From Octopus bimaculoides (lineage: Eukaryota): a stretch of DNA of 48,815 bases. The notes beneath the pieces are model-generated. The model made no database searches, was not told the DNA's origin, and saw nothing but the letters and a program-made list of their open reading frames with translations. The stretch spans positions 26,911,012-26,959,826 of the forward strand of contig NC_068988.1 of assembly GCF_001194135.2 (NCBI RefSeq). Reading direction: 5' to 3'. The translations under genes were made by a program, and so were the position numbers. This document shows positions 38,914 to 48,815 of this stretch, piece by piece. The number at the start of each line of letters is the position of its first letter. The first letter of the stretch is position 1.

Positions 38914-39069
38914 CTTCATGTCTTCTGGTGGCATTTGTGTCAGTAATACATAGACAATGATCTTTACTGTAAATGGTTCCTGGTGCACAATTCCGTGTGT
39001 AATTTCTATCAACAGTCATTTCTATGTAACTGTATATGTTGTGTGGATTTGGTAGAAATGGGCAACTTT
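38914..39069 (-). CDS. Pif/LamG-like gene exon: chitin-binding type-2-like module
   Basis: TTTCCATTTTCAG| acceptor and |GTTTGT donor, 156 bp, phase 1 to 1; SCPFLPNP...RNCAPGTIYSKDHCLC. Confidence 0.9.
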
Positions 39070-42000
39070 CTGAAAATGGAAACATAATGCTTAGTATCTA
39101 TGTTATGTTATATTATATCATATTAGATTATTTATAGATGCATGAAGCTCTACACCGTCCTTAGCACTGATAGTTTGATTACCATTTACGTGTGTATACA
39201 CACATCTATATATACATGTGTGTGTGTGTGTGTGTGTGTTAGTTCAAGGGATAGAGAGAGGGAGAGGCAGACAAACAGACAGATAGACAGACGAAAAGAC
39301 AGGTAGACAAACAGACAGACTAGTACAAAGAAATAGGCCTTGCATAACTGCCATACGTTTAATTTTCTAATGTATAAAGCGTATATAAATCGTGAGAAGA
39401 TTAAGATCTTACTAGAAATACACTTACAAAGCCAGACATGTTTTACTCAAAAGTTGTTACATCGTGCATCTAGAAACAAATCCCCATTGGTCATTAAACT
39501 ATAAATTAATCATCTACTACCAATTATAATTTCTAAATTTCTCTTATTTTCTTCTCATTTACTTTCTTCCATTAATATTTCCTTTTCAAAACTTCCTATT
39601 GTGCGTGTCCTACTATCATTTGACATATTATACAATGGCTGCAGAGCATTTGTTTAAGAGTACACGTCTACTGAACAATAGCACGTAGTCTAGTTTGCTT
39701 TAATATACTTGTGCTTGTTTGGTTGTATGGTTATCAGTGTATGTTTGTGTGTGCATGCGTGTACGTATGTGTCTGTATGCATAAACATGTGTATATAATA
39801 GGTGAATAGGACGAACGCCAAAAATCTATTAAAGTTGCTTTAACCGAGTTACTTCATTTTCGAAAACATTATTGCTACACCTATTCAAAAGGCAACTATA
39901 CAAAATGTATTCCCCCGTTTATGAAATAAATAATGTGGGTGGGGGAAAAGACTGATTCAAAGCATCGAAGTAGTAAATTATTTCATAAGATAAACCGGTT
40001 CTAGTTTAACTGAAGTGTTTAAAACGAATTAATTGGAGATAAATCTACTGAGTTATTAAATTCTTTGTCGCAATTAGAATGTGAAACCTCCTTGCTTATT
40101 ATTCTTTTTCGGGAGTATTTTTAAATTCCAAAGAAGTTAATATTGGCTGGAACGGTTAACACGTCTGTTGCGTTCCTTTTAAATTGCGTGATCACAAATC
40201 ATTTTAAATTGCTAAACTTCAAATATTAATGTGATTATTTCCCTTTTATTTCTGAAAGATAATATTCTGTTCAGAAAGTAATCTGCTTTATACATGTAAA
40301 ACTATTCAGCCTCAAATATAATGTTTAGCGTTATATTTCTAATTTGAATGTCAACCAATACAAGACGTTAACAAAAGTTCAAGTGACTGACATTTGCAAT
40401 TAATGTCTGGTAACAAAACTAGTTGTTTATGATCAAATACGAGAGTTGTATGAAGATTAAAAGAAAACCCAGAGATATGAGAAAAAGATGAGTACAAAAT
40501 ACCTATGTTAATGATTATTTATTAATTGTGGATATACAGTGACTTGATTTGGAGACATTTTTATGGACAATGAAGTGTAAGTCAGAAAAAGCTTTATCAG
40601 TGCAGGCCGGCCACGAGAATTTGCTGATCTAAAAGATGAAAGGTAGCTGGAACTAATAGTCAAGCAGTTTCAACAGGACATTTGCTTTTATATCATGAGT
40701 AACAACACTGAATCACCAAATTACCCCGGTCATCATGAACTTCAATGATCGTTGGTCTGCTGATTTGAACCTAAAGGACGACTACTGCACTACCTAAGCC
40801 GTTGAAGCCAAATTCTTTCAAATATCCCACTACTGTCACTTTTTATATGTGCGTCGTGTGATTAGGAATCTGCTGCTCTCTAGGTTTTGCGAGTTTTCTA
40901 CCCTGAAAGAATTATGAGCAGTAAAGCTACCAACTTTCACAGTAAAACTTTAATACATATTAGAAAGAAAACCAATTAATCGTTCTGTGATGTACCATCT
41001 ATTGTATCAGACTGGTTCCAATTCACAGATGTAGATAATCAAAAGGAGTTGCATGGTTTCTGGCAGTTTTTAAGTGATCGTATTAAATTCCCACAAGATA
41101 TCGACGCTAAAGATATTGGCAGTATATCATTATTATTATTGCTAACATATCGAAGAAAGCAATCTTTGATACCACAGAACACCAGCAAGAGACTACTTAG
41201 ATTTGTATCTGTTTTGATTTAGCGGGAAAACATCTTTTCACTAATTGAATCCTTCCTAAAATTTAGCGTGAATGAGACTGTTTGCATAAACAATACAACG
41301 TTGCTTACGACTCTATGATCGTATGACTTAAATTGATCTAAACCTCTCTTGATAGTATTATTATTTTGGATGTTATATTTATTTCGGTTGCATTATTTCG
41401 ATTGATGTACAAGTATAGGTGTGAAGAGTTAATCGTAGGGCGTTAACAATATCTGACGATTTGCTAGTATTCAGATTTACCGTTCTTATTATAAATTACG
41501 CCATTCTGAAACATTTGCTCTATGAGAACAGAAGTTTGAAAAACTTAAATGTATTGAGAATTACCTACTTTCAGTTGCGTTTTCCACAGTAGAATGTTCT
41601 TCAAAAGCAGTTACAGTATTTTCTAATAAGTAAAACAAAAGAAAGTGTTTAAAAATTCGCATAGAAAATCATATTGAATTAATTATATCTTAAAATATTA
41701 TTGTTTAACCCATTACCTACCAGTAATCTCATATAAGATCACTTAAAAATTACAAATTTCGTAATTATCTGTCAATATTTACACATATCTAACCTTTTTG
41801 CTATATCTACTAGGTATATTTCTCTGATATTCAAATGAGGTTTGCTAATTTTTCACCCAATATCTCGCTTATTTCTATTTAAAATGTTATTTTGAAATGT
41901 TATTTTGATCATTCCAGCGTGTTTCTAAGGCTGTTTTATGCTAGAAATCAAAGTTTCATAAAAAAATTCCAGTTACTAGAATTATGGGAGGTAATTATGG

Positions 42001-42856
42001 GAGGTAATTCAACATTTGTTGAAATTTATAGAGAATACTAAAAAAGAATTTTGAGCCATATTGCGAGGTACTAATAATATTCTAACACTAATTGATTTGA
42101 AATTACTGCTGAAAAAATATTTAGAATTATGGTCATTACGTTTACCTTCATAATTTCTATTTCTCAATGTAATAGTATGACAAATGTTGCTCCGCTTTGA
42201 TACTTCAGATCAGTGAGCCTCAGCAATTTGTAGCTCGGCGTCCCTTTCTCATATTTTGCCCAAAAATGCAACAGAATATTTTAATCAAAAACTAATTGTA
42301 CACAATGATTCTAAGTGTTTTTAGAGTAACCCATCCATCACTAGCCTCTTTTCACATATTTGCACTAATACCGCCTAAGGTAATTTCTGATAGGTATTAA
42401 TAAAAGAAGGTTACGAAAAATATTATGAAATTATACTAGATTTTTGCATATCATTAATCACGTTCCTTCTTTTTAATTAAACACAATATACTATTCACAT
42501 TCTAATTGCAACGAAGATATAAAATCTATTTAAAATATGAATTTTGATGCCAGGTTTAAACATTTTACCTCTAAGAAAATTCAGAACCCATTTAAATACC
42601 CAGAGGCCTCTCAACGCCTGTGTCCCTTTTGTGAAACTACAATGTCCTTGACAGGTGTTACCACCCATGTTATTAATCGCTGCTTTAGATCACAATGAGT
42701 GACGTAATTTATAAGAATGTATTGCTACTAACGACACAGTTCCAAAACATCTCTTATAAACTGCTTTTGTTTTCTCTAGCCTTCAACTATAAGTAGACAT
42801 ATGTGTGTTTATATATACGTGTGTGTGTGTATGTCATTATTTAGTTTTATTTCCAG

Positions 42857-42936
42857 TTTTCTTGCCAACAGAGAAAGAACCGGTTTCTTACCTAGATCCA
42901 AAGCTCCCTCAATGGAAATTCAACATCAGCTACAGG
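42857..42936 (+). other. Candidate 80-bp exon, copy A (FLPTEKEPVSYLDPKLPQWKFNISYR)
   Basis: TTTATTTCCAG| ... AGG|GTATTT, open frame; paralogous to 43673-43752. Confidence 0.4.
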
Positions 42937-43672
42937 GTATTTTTGTATGTATATATGCATACATGTATGTATGTAAGTGTATATACGAGCAGATTTGGAT
43001 GTTTTGTTTTATGTATATCTTCTCATGCATCTACTTGCATATCTAGACATGCTCATATATACATAAATGATAAACTTCTGGAAAGTTTTACAGATGTTTA
43101 CTGTTCCAGTGATGGCTTGGGTCTGTAGTCTTCGAATCAGTTTTCTCCTTTCTGGTTTTCAGAAGCCTAATTTTTCAAGATTAGTATCTAGGCAGTGTGT
43201 TACGTATGTATGTATGTATGTATGTATGTATGTATGTATGTATGTATGTATTGTGGTTCGGTGCATGTATGTTCTTTTTTGTTTTTACTTAGGAAGGAGC
43301 TGGTTTCTAACAAAGATACAATGCTCAATTGCTGGAATGATGATAAGGAAAACAATGTCACATTTTAAACTTGATAAAAGTCTTGCATATTTTTACAGTT
43401 CCACTTACTGATTGCATTTGTAATGCGCGAGTTAATTGCTTAATTTCTTTTTTTGAAAATCCAAACTTATCCAGACTGCCAGTTAGTAATTTACTCACAA
43501 AGCCAAACGCATCAATTATTATTGGTATAAATGTAAATATTTTTTATCTGAATATAGAAGCTGAAGGTTTCGAAGCAGTTGTCTATAGTTATGTATGAAC
43601 GTATGTATGTATGTATGTATGTATGTATGTATGTATGTATGCATGTATGTCATTATTCAGTTATATTTCAAG

Positions 43673-43752
43673 GTTTCTTGCCAATAGAGAAAGAGTCAGT
43701 TTCTGACCTAGATCCAAAGCTCCTTCATTGGAATTTCAACATTAACAACAGG
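43673..43752 (+). other. Candidate 80-bp exon, copy B (FLPIEKESVSDLDPKLLHWNFNINNR)
   Basis: ATATTTCAAG| ... AGG|GTATTT, same length and phase as copy A. Confidence 0.4.
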
Positions 43753-44043
43753 GTATTTTTGAATGTACATACGTATGTGTGTATGTATGTTTGTATGTAT
43801 AGTAGTTATGAGGATGATTATGCAAAAATAGTCAGCACACGGAGTGTTCTAATTCTACAAATCCGATAATCAGATTAGGTAATCTAGAGACAGGTGAGCT
43901 GGCTAGTATAAACATTCGAACGAATATCAATAAAGACGGAGATAATATATTCCACAGGTGTGTGGAATATAATTTGTTACATAATCTCTATAATAAGCAT
44001 GATATTGAATGGAATAATTCTCTGTTTGAACTTTTTAAATTAC

Positions 44044-44092
<49 letters not shown>

Positions 44093-44277
44093 CGTGTGTA
44101 TGTGTGCGCGCGTGCTTGTGTGTTGTGTGTGTGTGTGTGCGGTAGAAATCTATGGATGCACAAACGAACAAAACGGAGAAAATGAAACAAGTATGGACGA
44201 ATTGTTCAGAAACACCCACGAGTAGGGAACAGTTCTCAAAAATAGCCCCCTGTTGTTTTCCCCAAAAATTGTTGTCA

Positions 44278-44497
44278 TCGGAATCTACATAGTCCGAGGT
44301 GTATTTGTAGAGAATTTCATTTAAAAATATCCATTTACTTGGAAGACGAATTGAAGTGGACTCCGGTGAATTTTCCGAAATTACCCACCCCGACCCCTCC
44401 TAAAATACACACACCCCAAAAAAAAACAAATATGTATATTCGGAATCTACATAATATAACACATATTCGTAGACAATTTCATTAAAAATATCCATTT
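44278..44497 (+). repeat. About 59-bp direct repeat pair (44278-44336 and 44440-44497)
   Basis: TCGGAATCTACATA...GTAGA.AATTTCATT.AAAAATATCCATTT occurs twice. Confidence 0.8.
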
Positions 44498-44625
44498 CTC
44501 TGAAAGTTATGCTCATCCAATGTAATGGACTAATCCTCTAACCCAAAACTTCAAGCCTTGTGCTTTTAGTAGAAAGAATTCTTTTTTTTCTTTTTTGTAA
44601 GGCCCAATACTCATAAGACCCGTTA

Positions 44626-44700
44626 CCGGTTTCCATGGCATGTAAGTGATTGAGCAGATCCGGTTTCCATGGCATATAAGTGAAGAGCAGATCTGGTTCC
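44626..44700 (+). repeat. About 34-bp tandem repeat, just over 2 copies
   Basis: CCGGTTTCCATGGCAT(G/A)TAAGTGA..GAGCAGAT twice plus a partial unit. Confidence 0.85.
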
Positions 44701-45231
44701 CGCAATAGAGACAAATTCCTTTAAGTGAACACATAGAGAAATGTGCAGGTAACATAAAACCAAATTTCACAGTTTTCCCCATCTACCAGTGCAAAGATGC
44801 AATTTCTTTACAAGAAGGTTTAAATAAAGAAAATGTTTTCATCGAAAAATACAGAACACGTCTAAATATGCACGCATAACCAAGTTTGATCTCTTTACAT
44901 ATTTTAATTCACAATTACATCACTTTACATATTTATAATTTAGTTTTCGAATATTTGTGTATATATACATTCCCCCACCACACCGAAAGCTGAACAGTTA
45001 TCTCCCCTGCTCAAAATAATAACGATAACCAATTACCTCCCCTGAGATTTTTCTACTTGTTGAATAATTCACTCATAAATTTCACACACAACATGGACCA
45101 AAAACATTTCTTAAGAAAAATTTTTATGTCATGAATAGCGAAAGCGAAACCGGTCGACAAACACAATACAAGATACATTAGATATATTAAAAATTATATT
45201 AAAACTACGTAAAGTGTGTGCATTTTTCCTT

Positions 45232-45266
<35 letters not shown>

Positions 45267-46024
45267 ATATACATATATATATATATATTTATACATTCAT
45301 ATATATATANNNNNNNNNNNNNNNNNNNNNNNNNNNNNNNNNNNNNNNNNNNNNNNNNNNNNNNNNNNNNNNNNNNNNNNNNNNNNNNNNNNNNNNNNNN
45401 NNNNNTGTGTGTGTACAGGTTATAGGCGTAGCATTTTGTCTTTAAATCAACGAGACACAAAATATATTACATATGGAATGTTTTAATTTAACTATGAATG
45501 GTAATATACCACGTCAGAGATTGTATCATACAAATGTATATTTGGACACATGCCTAAATTATTATCTTTTTTTGGGCCATTGGTATTTCCCATAATTCTT
45601 ATTTCGAAATAGCTATTATATCAAAATACATTAAACGAAAAGCCATAAGTCGTTGCTAGGTATTTTCTTGGACAATAGATAATTAGTAATTATTTTCTCT
45701 ACTGCCGTAAATAATACGAACTGGCTGATTTCCAATGAACATAACACATCGATACACAGAATTCTGAAAAAATTTCAGTCTGCTCTTAGTTTTCTAGTTT
45801 TAAATTCATTGTGAAACACAGTTAAATCCAACACAATTCTCACATTAACGTTGATATCTGTATTAATAATGAACAGTCATGAATATTTAAGGAACATCAG
45901 AACTTGCGAAGTGGTTTGAATTAGTTGGTGCTATACTTTGTCCCAGATATCTGGCGTAAATGGACATTCATACGCAAATACTGATATCTTAATACAATTT
46001 GTAGTATCTCTTGTATTTAATCTG

Positions 46025-46438
46025 TTACTTGTTTCAGTTATTGGATAGCGACCACGCTGGGGCACCACCTTGAAGAGTTCCTTTTAGTCGATCACATCGA
46101 CCGCAGTGCTTATTTATGCCTCGTCCATAATCTATAGACCTCTTTTGCCGAACTGCTAAGTTACTGAGACGTAAACAACCAACACTGGTTGTCAAACTGT
46201 GGGGAGGAGACAAACACAAATACAAAAACACACACAAACATACACGCACATACACACACATATACACACACACATACACACACATACGCATGCACGCACA
46301 CATGCCGTATACACACGATGGTCTTCCTGTCTACCAAATTCACTCACAAAGCATTGGTCTCCCAAGTTGTCACGCATTAAAACTGAACCTGAAGCCCCAT
46401 TGTTGCAAAGCTAGTTTCTTAACCACATACTCATACCT
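46025..46438 (-). mobile_element. Near full-length tRNA-derived SINE with internal (TG)n
   Basis: Head (reverse complement AGGTATGAGTATGTGGTTAAG...AGGTTCAGT), a CA-rich microsatellite at about 46215-46310, and a 3' half matching 28895-29102. Confidence 0.8.
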
Positions 46439-46544
46439 ACGTCAATAGATTAAGGTCTCTTGTACGAACTTGTAAATGGCTTTCAGAAATGTTACAAAAA
46501 GTAATCTTATGCAAGAGTAGACTTTTCTATTTATTTTTTCTGTA

Positions 46545-46680
46545 AAGCGGTTCGGCAAAAGAGACCGATAGAAAAAGTACCAGGCTTTAAATAATAAGGC
46601 CTGGTGTCGATTCATTCGATTAAAATTCCTCAAGGAATGGCAGCAGTTCCATGACTGAAAAGAAGTAAGAACTAAAAATT
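46545..46680 (+). mobile_element. SINE 3' fragment
   Basis: GCGGTTCGGCAAAAGAGACCGATAGAAAAAGTACCAGGC...GGTGTCGATT. Confidence 0.8.
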
Positions 46681-48195
46681 TCAAACGACCACCGTGTATC
46701 ACAGAAGATCCAGGTTTCGTATTTTCAGAGTTGACTTTCAGAAAACGTACCAAACTATCTTGAGCCTCTTTGTTTCCAATTCCTCTAATCAGTGCCATTA
46801 ATTTATAGACAGTTAAGAAATTATTTGTTACAATACATATAATTTTAAAATCAAGTCGAAAACAATAATAAAATCCGTTGTAACACTTATATGAACACTA
46901 AGGTTGGTTATTTCGAGTAATTTCCAAAGTTCCATTTAATTTGTATTAGTGCATAGGAAAACATTATTTCAGTGTGACATTTAGTGACGATAATTCTAAG
47001 AGAGTCAATGACACCTTAAACATGGTTAGAGCAGAATATTGTTAGTTTGTAATAAGCATTGCAGTGCAATAACATTTGGTATGTTTCAGTAAGATTCATT
47101 ACGTTTCTCTGGAAATATTCTAAAACTTCTCACGTTGATGAACCTCGTAAATTAGTTTATCTTTAACAAATGTTTTAATAATATGGAACTACTGGGATGA
47201 GGATACTCAAACTGTGTGCTTCATTTCTAGCAATTAATTCTCTAGAGTCATCAATTATAATTAGTGACATTCGTGTCTTGGAGGATCCGAATTATTCCTG
47301 CTACACTACTAATTATCATTGATAACAATTGAACGCTTAGCAATTTTGGCCAGTAAATCAAATCACTCAGAAAAATACATAAATTGGTTGTTCACATTTG
47401 ATATTTTTAGATTGGTACTTTGTTTACAGATTCTTTCTTCCATTCGAATTGATTGCCAAAATAAAAATTTCATTCCCAACAGATGCCATCAAAATGTTGC
47501 CAAACGTTTAGAGCCACAGAGAACCACATAGCCACACAAAAACACATACACACGCACGCTCTCTCTCTACTTATCTATCTATCCATCTATCTGACGGACG
47601 GTAGACACATCGGCTCCCATGTAAGTTGCATTTTTCACCTCTTAAAAGACCTGTTTTGTTCTTAAATTTTGTATAAGTTGTGTATAACACAAAATACTTC
47701 GTGAATATATATTTTTCAAATCGGAAATAGCTCTATTTAGAGCCTTATTTCCAAAACTTCAAAAACATCTTCCTCGTTCCTAGCCNNNNNNNNNNNNNNN
47801 NNNNNNNNNNNNNNNNNNNNNNNNNNNNNNNNNNNNNNNNNNNNNNNNNNNNNNNNNNNNNNNNNNNNNNNNNNNNNNNNNNNNNNNNNNNNNNNNNNNN
47901 NNNNNNNNNNNNNNNNNNNNNNNNNNNNNNNNNNNNNNNNNNNNNNNNNNNNNNNNNNNNNNNNNNNNNNNNNNNNNNNNNNNNNNNNNNNNNNNNNNNN
48001 NNNNNNNNNNNNNNNNNNNNNNNNNNNNNNNNNNNNNNNNNNNNNNNNNNNNNNNNNNNNNNNNNNNNNNNNNNNNNNNNNNNNNNNNNNNNNNNNNNNN
48101 NNNNNNNNNNNNNNNNNNNNNNNNNNNNNNNNNNNNNNNNNNNNNNNNNNNNNNNNNNNNNNNNNNNNNNNNNNNNNNNNNNNNNNNNNNNNNNN

Positions 48196-48815
48196 TGCCG
48201 AGGCTTTGAAGCCCAGAAAAAGAATTTTGAATATATCGAAAGAGAAATTACTCGCATGCAAAAGCATGCTAAGTAAAAAGGACGTTACAGTCCATCTTCA
48301 AACACCTGCGGACTTTAAAATAAACATAGATAAAAAAAACTATCATCTACGGAACCATTAATTTAAAGACAAAGACACTGGAAAAATTCACTCAAGAAAA
48401 AGTTGAGAAGTGCTTAAAGCCTCTCTGGTCTTATAAAACTTACATAACGAGAGGAATGAAGTTCGCAACAATAGAGATAAGACTCGACAGCGAGCAGCGA
48501 GCCAAAGACCTCACCACAAAGTCATTACAACATGAGAACCTGCTCATGATCCCTACGTACCTTGGTCGCAGGGTTACGAAAATAAAGATTTCGAATGTGC
48601 CTCCTGAAATTGAGGAAGAATGGCTCGTATCTGCCATATGTCTCGGCATAGAGGAGGAAATAAACATTCTAGAAGCATCTGCCGTGTACAATGAAAACTG
48701 GATTGGCCAGGAATTTCAACTCCTGGTACAAGTTGATCCAGCAAACTACGAAAAAATTCCACATAGAATCCAATTAACTGAGGATTCAAGCTTTCATGTT
48801 TCCGTCGAAGGCAGA
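48196..48815 (+). mobile_element. LINE ORF1-like (gag-like, L1/Tx1-type) coding region running off the window
   Basis: One frame change at the A8 run (48332-48339), then 159 stop-free codons (48339-48815) ending IPHRIQLTEDSSFHVSVEGR, the context that typically precedes a CCHC knuckle. Confidence 0.7.

Noticed and set aside
41705-42400. piggyBac-like non-autonomous element starting TTAA-CCC
   Set aside because: No convincing matching right TIR plus TTAA was found.
42892-42929. 38-bp minus-strand exon of the LamG gene
   Set aside because: Stops in all frames, and the splice sites are not conserved in the paralogous copy at 43.7 kb.

Overview
AT-rich, microsatellite-dense eukaryotic DNA with many assembly gaps. 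The SINE-like repeats resemble those I know from Octopus, so a coleoid cephalopod is inferred but not proven. One host gene is well supported: five minus-strand exons (39069 down to 29567) splice in frame into a chitin-binding-type-2-like module plus a Laminin G domain (Pif/LamG-like), with the N-terminus not located. The rest is mostly decayed transposons (Tc1 DD34E, mariner, CR1-like, L2-like, R4/NeSL-like, Penelope-like, a LINE ORF1 at the right edge) and tRNA-derived SINEs. The most unusual signal is a set of hammerhead-ribozyme (HHR)-like motifs. They occur in a tRNA-headed SINE-like element inserted with Penelope-style inversions (one TSD-bounded copy appears to have captured about 200 bp of nearby DNA), in a 379-bp palindrome with an HHR in each arm, and as scattered degenerate cores. 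No CRISPR array, rRNA or genuine tRNA gene was found. All calls were made by eye, without database searches.
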